A stretch of 64,000 nt of DNA from assembly GCA_965153355.1 (NCBI GenBank), contig OZ231126.1:10788001-10852000 (forward strand), read 5' to 3'. A model generated the notes under the pieces. The model ran no database searches. It was not told where the DNA came from and saw only the letters and a program-made list of their open reading frames with translations. Shown here piece by piece: positions 30,617 through 44,092 of the stretch. The DNA is from Flaccisagitta enflata. Its lineage: Eukaryota. Numbering within the stretch: the first letter of the stretch is position 1; each line of letters begins with the position of its first letter. The position numbers and the translations under genes were made by a program.

Positions 30617-31698
30617 CTAAGATAACTAAACAAGAAATATGAAATGCGCTTCACTGTCAGGCATAATTTTGCTCAGCTATACTAGTTCTAACGTTGTCAG
30701 GCAAATAAACTCGGTCCAAGCAAATACATAGGATCAAAGCATTCGAGACACTACCGGATGCATCCTCAATCTAACAGCCCAATACCTCAACAACTTTACG
30801 CCGAACTATGATAATTTAAACTAGAAATTGATAGTTTAATGAGAGAGAATACATGGAATGGATTTGCCGCGGGACTAGAGCAGGTGCATGTGCAGAAGAT
30901 GCCGTCTAGTCTTAGAAATTCAGGGAAACTCATGACTGGAAGACCATCTGTGCTCACAGGATATTATGGAATGCCTATGTCAAAAAGGGTTTTTCTTTTT
31001 TCCGAGCTTTTGATTTTTTTCTCTGTCACCAAACCCTTTGAATTTTCCCCCCACCAGGGGGGGATTACTCAACTTTAAACACGCTTGCTAGATACACCCG
31101 TAAAGAAAATCCAAATAACTATTTTTTCTAACCATGTGGGCTTCTCTAAACATGTGGGTTACTCAAAAAAATGATATACAAAAAGATTCATTCAAAATTT
31201 TTATATTTTTGGCAGTTTTTAAGTAAAATCAATATGTTGAAGCCTTTTTATGATGTTGGAAAATATCAGTCATTCCACTGTGAGCCATTTTGGTGCTTCA
31301 TATAGCAAAAGTTGGTTATTTCTTTTCACCCATTATACGTAATATATAGTGGCCAATTTTAGGACCTTAACCATTTACCATTTTCCTTTTATCAAAAATC
31401 ATTTATCTTCCGTTTTTAAAAAAATTGTTTTTTGAGGACTTAATTTTCATAAAGCAGTAGAATGAAATAATGTGCTGACATTCTTTGATTTCGCTTTATA
31501 AAATTTTTACTTTTCAAAGAATTGTTAATCTGCTCTTTCATAACTTATGTTTTAGTTTTGTTTTACAAACATCATGATTTTCTTAAACAACTTATTGTCT
31601 TTTTTGTAGAAAAATTACAAATGATTTTGCAGTTTTCTGGGAAATCTGGGGGAACTTTAAGGCCAAAACAAAAACAGAAGATAAACAAATTTAAAAAA

Positions 31699-31960
31699 CA
31701 AGGTCATTAGACCTAAGTCGCGTGCGTCGGCACTTTCAAAAAAAGTCAGGCAGACAGACAGACAAACAGTTTTTTTTTTTTAGAAGACATTTAAAACAGC
31801 TATTTACTGCTCCAAGCTTCTTCTCCACTACTTAGAGACGTTTAAAACGCGATCAAAAGCCTTAAAAACAACTTTGTGACGGACCGACCGATTAACGGAC
31901 CGACAGACCGACGGACCGACGGACCGAAAAGTGGCTTATAGAGTTGCTTAGCACGCGATT
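31699..31960 (-). mobile_element. HINE-like element (variant)
   Basis: CAAGG...AGTCGCGTGC...GTGACGGACCGACCG microsatellite...AGAGTTGCTTAGCACGCGATT, within an A-run. Confidence 0.65.
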
Positions 31961-32344
31961 AAAAAGACTGGTCATCTTCATGATTTTTGTTCCTTTACAT
32001 TACCCAAGTAGGGTAAAGGGATACTCATAACTTTTTTCATGTGAAGCTTTCAAGGTCCCAAGTGAGCCATAGAATAGGTATGTATAGGTGAAACGCACTA
32101 ACTGGCATGTGTGACAACTAGTTTGAAGCCTTATTGGTTCATTTATCATTAAAATGAGCAAAACAAGTCTTTTTTTACATTTCTAGAGTGGCAGCCCCAA
32201 AGGGGAAATCTGTCCCTCTGTCCATCTGTCCATCTTTCCATCCCCCCCACCCCATCCTCAAGGCTTTGTCTCCTTCGGAGCCTATTCTGACCAAATTTCT
32301 GCCAAATAGCCCAAATCCAAGCTGTATGGGTAAAATCTATGCAA

Positions 32345-32860
32345 AACAGGTCGCCCAAGGGCAATATGTGGTCAGCGATACCCGTTGCCCTGCTTTACAT
32401 GATTGTCAATTTGAGTGAGAGGAAGCAGGGCAGCGGCCCCGAAGGGGACGAAGTCCTGTAGAACACAGGGGGACTTTTGTTTGTCCTTCCGTCATTCCGT
32501 CCGTCCGTTCCCCCAGGCTCTCTCAGGCCTGAAATCTGCCCTTTCAGGCCTGAAATCTAGCCTCTCAGGCCTGAAATCTGCCCTTTCAAGCCTTGAATCT
32601 GGGAGATTTCAGGCCTGAGAGGACAAATTTCAGGCCTGAGAGGACAGATTTGGTCTGAGAGGGCATATTTAGGGTCTGAGAGGGCAGATTCAAGGCCTGA
32701 AAGGGCAGATTTCAGGCCTGAGAGGGTAGATTTCAGGCCTGAGAGGGCAAATTTCAGGCCTGAGAGGGCCTGGGGGGACGAACGGACGGAATGACGGAAG
32801 GACAAACAAAAGTCCCCCTGTGTTCTACAGGACTTCGTCCCCTTCGGGGCCGCTGCCCAA
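32345..32860. mobile_element. Foldback-type non-autonomous element (family F) with 21-bp internal repeats
   Basis: ACAGGTCGCCCAAGGGCAATATGTGGTCAGCGATACCCG leader, then a near-palindrome 32428-32858 bounded by GGGCAGCGGCCCC/GGGGCCGCTGCCC. Confidence 0.85.
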
Positions 32861-33275
32861 AAGTCCTAATCCTGGCATAATGGCCAAAATCCAAGCAAAA
32901 TGGCCTACAACCAGGTCAGAATCTAGTAATCGGAGGTGGTGGAAAAGGTGCAGGGGTGTGGTATTTTGCTGCTTCATATAATGTTTGTGCAATGTATTCT
33001 TTCATCCCGTTAATCCAATATAGAGTGGAAAAAATCATGAGGATGACCATTTTCTTCTTCTCGAAATTCAGTCTTTGTTTTTTTTTTTAGAACTAAAATT
33101 CAATCAGAAAGCTAGCTTCCCCATGATATTTCGTTGCTGAATAGACTAACAATTAATATAGAAAACCACTTATTAAACAAAAAGCATCCTCAAAACAGGA
33201 ACAAAAATGTTGTGGACATTTTCTGTGACACATATGCACAGTCCACGGTGGGCATAATGACAAAGTAGAATGAAA

Positions 33276-33436
33276 CAAGGCCGGATACACGGCCACCAGT
33301 TGCGGACGGGTGGGCAGGGACGGAATTGCGCGTTTTCCCACTTTTCAACTTGAGCGTGATGGACCAACCGACCAACCGACCAACCAACCAACCAACGGAC
33401 GGACAAAGCCTCTTATAGAGTTGCATGTCCACAACT
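33276..33436 (-). mobile_element. HINE-like element
   Basis: CAAGGCCGGATACACGGC...GGGTGGGCAGGG...(ACCA/GACG)n...AGAGTTGCATGTCCACAACT. Confidence 0.75.
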
Positions 33437-33544
33437 AAAAATTGTTACCATGCATGGTTACTATGTTAAAACCGATCTCTAAGATTGCCTCATACTGAGA
33501 AAATGTTGAGAGCGTCAGTGACTCTATTGTTTGTAAACATACGT

Positions 33545-33947
33545 ATGCGCAATTGGGGCCGGCGATGCGGTGACTGCTATACTCAAATTGTTAACAAGTT
33601 TGCAACTGACTCTCTCATGAGCGGAGGGGGACAGTGGCTTCTTCAGTTGCGTGTTGGACCATGTCATTGAAGGTTGGTCACTCTGGCTTTTTCTCTTTTT
33701 CTCATATTTTGTGTTAAGATGTGGATAGATCCATGCGCTTATACTTTCACCTCTCGTCGGTTATTATGGACTGTATATTCGCCCGCGTTTCTGTATTTAC
33801 CGCTTTGATACTACTATCATATATATTGATGCTTTTCTACGCGTTTTTGCGGATTTTCTGAGTTTCATCATCTGGTGCATTGGCAGGGAAAGCGACATTC
33901 GTTCAACGCTTCATGACGTTTTTCATCAACTTTTGATATGTGAATAG
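33545..33947 (+). pseudogene. Possible two-exon small membrane-protein gene or pseudogene (needs two homopolymer frameshift corrections)
   Basis: 46-nt GT-AG intron 33673-33718 with a strong pyrimidine tract; FFSCVLDHVIE|DVDRSMRLYFHLSSVIMDCIFARVSVFTALILLSYILMLFYAF. Confidence 0.3.
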
Positions 33948-34194
33948 GGAAACTGTAGGTCTAAATGATACAGGAGGAAGTCGGAAGTGTCTTTTACCAA
34001 CTGAAGCCTGACAGAAACTCCGACAGTGATATGCAAATTAGGACATAAAAAAGTGCTGCTAAAAAAATCTAAGATAACCAATTTTTGGAAAAAGAAAATT
34101 GGTCAGGGCTTTGAAATCATTCCCTTAGCATTAGGTTAGGGAGTCGGGAAGAAATTCAAAACTTTTGCTATGCGAAGCACCCAATTGTGGTATG

Positions 34195-34950
34195 AGGCGA
34201 GTAGCGGCACTAGCGGCACTAGCGGCGGAAGGTGTAGGAGCATGATTTGGGGTAGGTAACGGCACTAGCGGCGGCGGCGGAAGAGGTGTAGGGGTGTGGA
34301 ATGAGGTAAATAGCGGCATTAGTGGCAGCAGTGGAAGAGGTGTAGGGGTGTGGTGCAGGGCAAGTAGTAGCATTTGCAGCAGCGGTAGAACAGGTGTATT
34401 ATATATGGGCAGGGTATTGGGTAGATAGCCACACTAGCGACAGTGGTGGGAGAGGTGTAGGGGCGTGGTATGAGGCGGTAGGGGTGTGCTATGGGCAAGT
34501 AGCGGCATTAGCGGCGGTGGCGGCGGAAGAGGTGTAGGGGCATACCATGAAGTATGAAGCGGCACTAGCGGCGGCGGCAGGAGAGGTGTGCGGGCGTGGT
34601 ATGGGGCAAGTAATGGAAGAAGGGGCGTCTGTGGAAGAGGCGTAGGGTCTTTCCTACTCCTTCCATCCTCCTATAACTCCTCCGCCGCCGCCTCTTGTTC
34701 TGCTACCTCTCACCTACCATGCTTTTATACATCTTCCGTTGCAGCATTAGTGACAGCGGCGGAAGAGGTGTAGGGGCGTGGTATGCGGCAAGTAGCGACA
34801 CTAGCTTCGGCGGCAGAAGAGGTGTAGGGCTAGGGCGTGTGACGTGGTAGGTAGCGGCACTAGCGGCGGTGACAGAAGAGGAGACAGAAGAGGTGTAGGG
34901 GCATAATATGGGGAAGGTAGCGACACTAGCGCCGGCGGAGGAGGTATAGA
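34195..34950. repeat. G-rich degenerate minisatellite (~50-60 bp unit)
   Basis: Recurring GTAGCGGCACTAGCGGCGG...GAAGAGGTGTAGGGG.GTGG. Confidence 0.85.
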
Positions 34951-35075
34951 TGGTACTTGGTAGTAAAGATAGATGAGGATAGAATGACTATACGCAAATA
35001 CTTTACCTTTAAACATAACGAAAATTTTTTTTTTTTTTTTTGGTTTTATTTTTTTAGTTTTTTTTTTTTTTTTTT

Positions 35076-35249
35076 GTGACGAGAGAATTGACGAGAGAAT
35101 GTGACGAGAGAATGTGACGAGAGAATGTGACGAGAGAATGTGACGAGAGAATGTAGATGACGAGAGAATGTGACGAGAGAATGTGACGAGAGAATGTGAC
35201 GAGAGAATGTGACGAGAGAATGTGACGAGAGAATGTGACGAGAGAATGT
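35076..35249. repeat. 13-bp tandem repeat GTGACGAGAGAAT
   Basis: About 13 near-perfect copies. Confidence 0.97.
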
Positions 35250-35334
35250 AAAAAAATCAGTGTTTATTTTTTAATGGGAATAGAGATCAAGTACGTGAGC
35301 ATCAAATCTAATAATCAGATCTAAGAAAAGTATT

Positions 35335-35414
<80 letters not shown>

Positions 35415-35701
35415 TAGGCCAAAAACCATGAACAAGCAGGGTAAAATGTGACTTGAAACCAGGGGTGAGGATGCAATCTGGGATGCGAATGCGAATGCAC
35501 AGGATGCGCGAGATTTTGCTAAATGAGATTTTGCTAAATGCGGATAATGATGCGAACGCATTTGATAAAATATGGGAGTGGATGCGAACGCGCATCCTTA
35601 CCAAAGCGTTCGCATCCATGCCCTTTTGCTTTTGCCTTGTCCTAAAACTTTAAACTCAAATCATGCAGACATTGAAGAAAATGATATTCCTACATGTTTT
35701 A

Positions 35702-36488
35702 CCAGTAAATTAGTAATGGCGGCTGTCGCCGTGAGGAAAAAAGTAGTAAGCATTGGTCATTTTTCACAAAGTGTTTGTCTTTAATCACTGCAAATCTTTT
35801 TTTCTATATAATCAAATCAAGAGCAATTGTATGTATTGATTTTACTGAATATCAGAGAAAAATAGGAGTGAACCAAATGAGCTAGATGAGCTAAAATGCT
35901 CAAAATCACTCAACCAGACAATTAGCTATGCTCACTGACATGCTTTCTTGTATTTACATGCTCCCATCAAAATATCTATTTATCCAATTAAAAATCAGTA
36001 AAAAAATTAGCTAAATGAGCAAACTGAGCTAGAATACTCAAAAACATCCTCACAGATGAGCAACTCTGCTCACTGACAGGTTTTCTTGTATTTGCAAGCT
36101 CAAACATGTATCAAAACATTTATTCATTTATAGCATTTTAAATCGGAAAAACAGACTGAGCAAAATGAGCTAAATAAGCTAAAATGCTCAAAAACATAGA
36201 TACACTCCTTTATTGATCCTAAATGAAATCATAAAAAAGAAAAGAAAAAATCATATTTGAATTTTTCGTAAAAAAAGATTGAAAAATTCATAACTCAAAA
36301 AATATTTGTCGTAGAGCATTCTGCTTGGCGCCAAATGAAAGAAAATTATCAAATTTATTTACCCTATCAATGTTGTCTGAGGGTGCAATCAGCTGGAAGA
36401 GACCCACAACTTTCGCATAAGAAAATGAAAACCATGTTTTTCTCGAATATGTCAAAAAGTCGAAGACTGACTTCGACTTTTTTCCCGA
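35702..36488 (-). mobile_element. Full-length family H element
   Basis: Same ends as 8443-9275, with a perfect AAAAAGTCGAAG-actga-CTTCGACTTTTT hairpin. Confidence 0.7.
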
Positions 36489-36639
36489 TTAGACTTCTAA
36501 CTCTGAAATTTTTCTTTCTTTCTCTTTAAAAAATGGTGCGGTTGTGTGTGTGTTTGTGTGCATGTGTGTGCGAGCATACGCTTGGGGAGGGAAGGTCGTT
36601 TGCCACAATAATATTGCGACCACGGCCCTGTTAACTTTT

Positions 36640-37062
36640 TTTGGTGTGGACACGCAACTCTATAAGGGGCTTTGTCCGTCCATTCGTTGGTCTGTCAGCA
36701 TGAGTCAAAAAGTGGAGAAATGAGATTTTTGGAAGCTTTTTACTTGCGGACATGCAATTCTATAAGAGGCTTTGTCCGTCCATCCATCCGTCCGTCCACT
36801 GGTCCGTTGGTCTGTCAGTCCATCGGTCCATCAGTAAGAGTCAAAAAGTTGTGTGTACTTTTTGCGTATGTTTGTGTATATGTGGGGTGTTGGGGTGTAA
36901 ATAGGGGTTGGACGCCCCTGCCCACCCGTCCGCAATGATATTGTGACCCCGGGTCACTTGTTGTGTATGTGTCTGTGTTGGGAGGGAGTTGGGTGGGGCA
37001 TTGGGTGTGAATGGGGGTTGCCTACCTGTTCGCAATGATATTGTGACCCTGCGTCGCTTGTT
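36640..37062 (+). mobile_element. Nested or duplicated HINE-like fragments
   Basis: GTGGACACGCAACTCTATAAG / GCGGACATGCAATTCTATAAG starts, GTCC microsatellite and CCCCTGCCCACCCGTCCGCAA end motifs. Confidence 0.6.
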
Positions 37063-37208
37063 TTTTTCATTCTTTCATGAATTCCATTCCATATTATCCT
37101 TATTTCTTCCTTCCTTCCTTCCTTTCTTTTTTTTTTCTTTTTTTCTCTCTCTCTTTCTTTCTTTTTTCTTTGCTCCTTTCCTTATTTCTTCCTTCCTTTC
37201 TTTCTTTC

Positions 37209-37273
<65 letters not shown>

Positions 37274-38206
37274 TTTTCTCCCTATTCCTTCTTTCCTTCC
37301 TTCCTTCCTTCCTTTCTTCCTTTCTTTCTTTCTTTCTTTTTTCCTTTCTCTCTAAAAGAAAAAAGTGTAGAAAGCGTTGAAAACGCGTAATGCGAACGCG
37401 TTAGCAACCAAATAACGTTGGATGCGATGCTTAACGCGATGCGCGAGCTGCTGGAAAACGCGAACGCGAACGCTTTTGGAAATCCCACGCATCCTTAGCC
37501 CTAGCCTTGTCCTAAAACTTTAAACTCAAATCATGCAGAGATTGAAAAAAATGATATTCCTTCATGTTTTGTTCTTCTAACTCTGAAATTTTTCTTTTTT
37601 CCTTTGGCCATCCATCCCTTTGTTCGTTGGTTTTATAAAATGGTGTGGTTGTGTGTGTGTGTAAGTGTGTGTGTGTGTGTGTGTGTGTGTGTAAGTGTGC
37701 GTGTGCATGTGTGTGTGTGTGTGCGTGTGAGCATATGCATAAGCATTTTCTATGATATTCAATGGGAATTTTGAATGTTTTTGATTGCTCATCAATTTTA
37801 AATGTTATTCAATAGAAATTTTACAATAAATTTTACAATAAATTTTACAATAAATAAATAAATGAATAAATAAATAAATAAATAAATAAATAAAAAAATA
37901 AATAAAAAAATAAATAAATAAATAAATAAATAAAAAATAAATAAATAAATTTTACAATAAATTTTACAATAAATTTTACAATAGAAATTTTACATTTTCT
38001 TCAGTTTTCATCAATTGTCCATGTTATTCAATGGGAACCTTGTATTTTTTTGCTTTTTTTCAATTTCCCATGTTATTTAAGGGAATTTGAGGCTTGAGAA
38101 GCTTCGGGGGGGGGGGGCGACGGACGGAAGGACTGACGGACGGACGGACGTATGGAAATTCACCCCTGTGTCCTACAGGACATCGGCTCTTTGGGGCTGC
38201 TGCCCA

Positions 38207-39155
38207 AAAAGAGCAAGTGAGCACACATGAGCAGGCATGAGCAAGCATGAGCAAGAATGCTAAATCCGCCGATTTTGACAGGTTTAACTTCAAAGTCCCC
38301 TATCTTGGTCCTTTGGTCCTTTGGTCTTGCTTTTTTAACATCATGAGACCCTCTATGGTGACAATAAAGAGCAAGTGAGCACACATGAGCAATCATGAGC
38401 AAGCATGAGCAAGGAAGCTAAATCCGCTGATTTTAACGGGTTTAACATAAGAATTCCCTTTTTTGGACCTCTACATATTTATCTAATATTATGAGACCGT
38501 CTATGGTGACAAAAAAGAGCAAGTGAGCACATATGAGCAAGCATGAGCAAGAATGCTAAACCCGCTGATTCTAACAGGTTTAACGCCAAAATCCCCTATT
38601 TTGGTCCTCTACATGCTTTTTTGACATCATGAGAACCACTGTGGTGACAAAAAAGAGCAAGTGCGCACACATGAGCAGGCATGAGCAAGCATGAGCAAGA
38701 ATGCTAAATCACTGATTCTGACAGGTTTAACTTCAAAATCCCCTTTCTTGGTCCTTCGCATACTTTTTTAACATCATGAGACCCTCTATGAAGATAAAAA
38801 AGAGCAAGTGAGCACAATTAAGCAAGCATGAGCAAGCATGAGCAAGAATGCAAAATCTGCTGATTTTACCGGGTTTAACAAAAACAAGGCCGGATACACG
38901 GCTACCGAAGTCGCGTGCGGGTGGGCAGGGGCCATATTTGAGGTCACCAGATCATTTGGGCAGGAGCAGTGAGGTCAAAGAAATAAAATCATAAAAAAAA
39001 GCAAAGTGTGACGGACCAACCAACCAACCGACCAACCGACCAACCAACCGACCGACGGACAAAGCGGGTTGTAGAGTCGCGTGCACGCGACTAAAAAAAC
39101 CCTATTTTGACCCTCCACATGCTTATCTAACATCATGAGACCCTCTATGGTGACT
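38207..39155. repeat. ~140-160-bp tandem repeat (about 5 units), interrupted by a HINE
   Basis: GAGCAAGTG(A/C)GCAC at 38211, 38369, 38517, 38655 and 38802; related pieces at ~41750 and 43330-44190. Confidence 0.9.
38885..39092 (-). mobile_element. Intact DINE-1/HINE-like element
   Basis: Perfect palindrome AGTCGCGTGCACGCGACT at one end, matching AGTCGCGTGC subterminal repeat and GCCG-gataca-CGGC stem-loop at the other; inserted in the A-run of a repeat unit without a TSD. Confidence 0.85.
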
Positions 39156-39597
39156 AAAGTTTAACTTTTCGGTTTATTTTCCGCCACCAAAACCGGAAGT
39201 GGCAGAAGAAAAAATTCTCCTCACTTTCCACATTTCACTTTTTACATTCCATATTTCACTATCAGTTTTATTATTTTTCCTTTTTTCTTTTTCATTTCTT
39301 ACTTTTTAATTTTTACTCTTTATTGCTTCCTTTATATATTTTGTTTTTGATTCTTTTAAAATTTTTATATCTTTTTGTTATATTGTTTTTTATTCTTCTG
39401 TTTTCTTAATCATTTTGATGATATAACTAAAATAAACATATTTAAATAAGAGATTTGTTTTGATAAAGAATTAAATGAAGTCTGATAAATGATCAATGTT
39501 TCTCCCTCATGCTTATATCAAGATTATATCATCAAAAAAAAAAAAAAACACGCTGAAATGAGACGTTCTTTTATCTTCTGTGTCTGTATGTAGTTAT

Positions 39598-39687
<90 letters not shown>

Positions 39688-39774
39688 ACTTCACAACTTC
39701 GACGATGATTATTGTGGACCATATGTTTAGGTGAGATCCATCCCCTGGTCACATGAAAAGCCGATCGCCCTTTT

Positions 39775-41060
39775 TTGGGCAGCGGCCCCGGAGGGGCCGA
39801 TGACCTATCATTCCACATAGGGCAATTTTCTCCGGTTTCCGGTTTCCCTTTTCCGTCCGTCCCCCCCTCCCCCAAGCCTCAAATAAAGCCTCTCAGACCC
39901 CATATCAGGCCTTTTCGACTCCAAATCAGACCTTCCTGACCGCGAAACAGGCTTCTCAGACCTCAAATCAGGCCTCCCAGACCCCAAATCAGGCCTCTCA
40001 GACCCCAAATCAGTCCTCCCACACCCCTGATCAGGCTTCTCAGACCCCAAGTTAGGCCTCTCAGATCCAAATCAGGCCTCAGACCCCATGTCAGGCTTTT
40101 TGGGCAGCAGCCCCGAAGGGGACGAAGTCCTGTAGGACACAGGGGGACTTTCGTTCGTCCGTCCGTTCGTCCGTTTGTCCGTTCGTTCGTTAGTCCCCCC
40201 CTTCATCAGACCCCTCAGGCCTCAAATCTGGCCTCTCAGGCCGCAAATCTAACCTCTCAGGTCTCAAATCCAGCCTCTCAGGTCTCAAATCCAGCCTATC
40301 AGGCCTCAAATCTGGCCTCTCAGGCCTCAAATCTGGCCTCTCAGGCCACAAATCTGGCGTCTTAGGCCACAAATCTGGCCTCTCAGGCCTCAAATCTGGC
40401 TTCTCAGGCCTCAAATCCAAATTCTTAGGCCTCAAATCCAGATTCTCAGGCCTCAAACCTGGCCTCTCATGCCTCAAATCAGCCATCTAAACCTCTATTT
40501 ATTGCTCCCAGGCTTCAAATCAGTCCTCTGGCAGCACAAGGCGCCATTAATCAGCTCTCTCAAGCCTCCAAGTTAGCCTCTCAAGCTTTAATCAGCATTC
40601 AGGAGCCTTATATCAGCCTTCTTAGACAGTTTAGGCTCTTAGCGCACTGATCAGCCCTCTAAACATCATCCACTTCTTCAGGTAGGGATAGGCAATCACC
40701 CTGTGTTCTACAGGACTTTGTCCCCTTCAGAGCCGCTGCTCTGCTTCCCCTCACTCCAATTCACAACAATCACTCAAAAGCAGGGCAATAGGGCGCCATG
40801 ACCACATATTGCCCTTCAGGCGACCTGTCGAACCCAAATCAAGCCCTCCAGACCCCAAACCCCACCTCTCACACCCTAAATCAGACCTGACAGAGCCAAA
40901 TCAGGCCTCTCAGCCCTCCAAACCAGCTTCTCTGAGAGCCAAATCAGGCCTCTCAGCCCTCCAAACCATATCATAGGTCATCGGCCCCTCCAGGGCCGCT
41001 GCCTCTCTCATAATCTCATTCCCGCATGCACTAACTTAGGGGCATCGGGTACCTGTGACC
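39775..41060. mobile_element. Two nested family F elements with 21-bp repeats
   Basis: TTTGGGCAGCGGCCCC at ~39775 and TTTGGGCAGCAGCCCC at ~40099; CAGGCCTCAAATCTGGCCTCT arrays; inner end ...ATTGCCCTTCAGGCGACCTG at ~40827. Confidence 0.75.
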
Positions 41061-41083
41061 ATTTAAAACTAATGTATGGTTCT

Positions 41084-41176
<93 letters not shown>

Positions 41177-41465
41177 CTCTCCTCTCTCTCTCTCTCTTTT
41201 AGTTGCGGACACCAACTCTGAAGAACTTTGTCAAATCCATCGGTCCGTCGGTCGTGGTCAGTCCCGTCATAGTGATCAGTTGATGTGAAAACAGCGCATT
41301 TCCGCCCCTACCCCGTCCGCAGCAGTATTGGCGTGTATCCCGGCTGTTTTCTCTCTCTCTCTCTGACAAAAAAGAGGTGTATCTGAGAAGGTTCCCATTG
41401 GTGCGACTGAGTGTGCTGCAAGAAAAAATCAGGTCCTTTATTCTGTTAAGGTCTCGATCTTGTTC

Positions 41466-41515
<50 letters not shown>

Positions 41516-42094
41516 AGTCTCTGTCTGTCTGTCTCTCTGTCTGTCTGTCTGCCCGTCTCTCATTTCATTTCATCTTCAAACTCAGGGTTTTTGTAATGTA
41601 ACTAAAAAAAAAAACGTTAAAAAGCGTATATTAGGCTAAAAACTCCACTTAAACGCAGCCTACTATGCATATGATTTAAATCAAACTTCCGTTATATCCC
41701 ACTATATGATTTTGTTTGAAACTCCAAATACTACAAAAAAAAAAAAAAAAGAACAAGTGAGCACACATGACCAAGCTTGAGTACAAATGCTCAATCCGCT
41801 GATTTTAACCGGTTTAACTAAGTTTTCTCAAAAGAACCTCAAAACGTTGTCCGAGGCTCTCGAGACCCTGATTTTTGAATTCCTCATTGAAAATTGTGTG
41901 GAAACGGTGAAAAAGGTAATTTTTTTACAAAACTAAGATTTAAAATCACAATCGTTATCATCATTACTACCCTCAGATATTTTGCCGCCATATTTTTTTT
42001 TCACCAGTTTGACTGCACTGATTCTCTCTATGAAACTTTGGCTCGATGTTTTATGATGCATCGATTGCGAGGCCAACCAACAACGAATAACGGA

Positions 42095-42386
42095 GGAAGA
42101 AGAAGAAGAAGAAGAAGAAGACAAAGACAAAGAAGAAGATGAAGAAGAAGAAGAAGAAGAAGAAGAAGAGAAAGAAGAAGAAGAAAGAGAAGAAGAAGAA
42201 GAACGAGAAGAAGAACGAGAAGAGGAAGAAGAAGAAGAAGAAGAAGAAGAACGAGAAGAAGGAGAAGGAGGAAGAAGGAGAAGAAGAAGAAGAAGGAGAA
42301 GAAGGAGAACGAGAAGAACGAGAAGAACGAGGAGAAGAGGGAGAAGAAGAAGAAGAGGAAGACTGGAAGACAAGGAAAAGAAGAAG

Positions 42387-42446
<60 letters not shown>

Positions 42447-42598
42447 ACACACACACACACACACAGACAGACACACAGACAGACACACAGACAGACACAC
42501 AGACAGACACACAGACAGACACACAAAATGACAGACACAGACAGACACACAGACAGACACACAGACAGACAGGTTGATAGACTGATAAAAAGATTTTT

Positions 42599-42675
<77 letters not shown>

Positions 42676-42700
42676 GGCAGACAGACAGACAGGCAGATAG
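42095..42700. repeat. Compound (GAA)n/(GA)n/(CA)n/(GACA)n microsatellite
   Basis: Direct inspection. Confidence 0.95.
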
Positions 42701-43423
42701 GTTGATGGGCTGATTAAAAGATATGTCGTCTCTTGGAATCTAAACTGAGATTTTACTTTCTGCATTAACTTTATTTTTTGATGATAGGATCATCTTTCAA
42801 CGTGGGCGGATGCTAGCGGACAATACTGATCACTTTGAGCTTTTGCATACACGTAGATATATATCAGGGGTAGCTTAATCTCGTTGAGCGGTTTAGAGCA
42901 AGCATGGGAAGTTGATCAAATCAAAGTTTTAATATTTTGAATATTTAATGATATACCAAGAAAATCAGATATATATCTCAAATTTGGCTTGAATCATTGA
43001 CACCTTATTCTGTTCGAGATTCTAAAAAAATAAATCGATTTTTCTATTTACACTTTGCGTATCGTTTGGCTATGTGAGACCTTTTTTGATGAGTTTTTTT
43101 GCTTTTTCTCATATTTTGAAGTTTAAATATGTATTAAACAATTTTCACGTACAGCAAATGTATTGTCAAGTCTACAGTCATATTAAAGGCGAGTTTCTCA
43201 CGATTCTAGTTATGTTTTTCATTTCTTAACATTCCAATTTTAACATAATCAAATATAATAAAATATACAACTATTGATCCAATGACGGCAAGCATTATTC
43301 CAACGGACCCTCCGCTCTTCTAGGAAAACTTAGTTTAACATCAAAATCCCCTGTTTTGGTCCTCAACATGCTTATTTGACATCAAGACACCATCTATGGT
43401 GACAATGAAGAGCAAGTGAGCAC

Positions 43424-43836
43424 CAGAGATTAGCGTTACTGAGCGTCAGTGGACGGCCGTTATGAGGTCGTTATATGGTAAAAATCCGCCATTTTATGCT
43501 AAGGTCGTTATCCCTAAATAACTGGATGTTATTTATATAAGGTTACACATTATCTAAGTAAAAGGAACAGATTTTGTAAAAGGTTCATTGCATTTGACTC
43601 ATGGAAATCCTCGTTATGAAAGATGGACAACATTACCACTTTACTTACTATACTTACCATACCATACTTACTATACTTACTATACTTACTATTCTTACTA
43701 TTCTTACAATACTTACTATACTTACTATACTATACTTACTATACTTACTATACTTACTATCTTCTATTCTTATTTTTCATAGTTACTATACACTAGGATT
43801 TTATTCATTTCAGTTTTTGGTTAAAAGAGAGAGATT

Positions 43837-43889
<53 letters not shown>

Positions 43890-44092
43890 CACACCAAAAG
43901 CGGTATAAGATCGACTTAAAGAAACAAAGGATCTTGGAAGAATAGAAGAGAAGAAGGTGAAGAAAGAGGAGGAAGAAGAGAAGGAGGAAGAGGAAGAGGA
44001 ACGATCGGTTTTCATGGTGATTTATCCGTTATACGTTATCCCATATATCCTATCCGTTACACGGATTGCCGGATCTCGATACCTAATCTCTG
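43424..44092. mobile_element. Non-autonomous hAT-like element
   Basis: TIR CAGAGATTAG...CTAATCTCTG flanked by a perfect 8-bp TSD GTGAGCAC (43416-43423; 44093-44100); internal (TATACTTAC)n and (GA)n. Confidence 0.85.
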
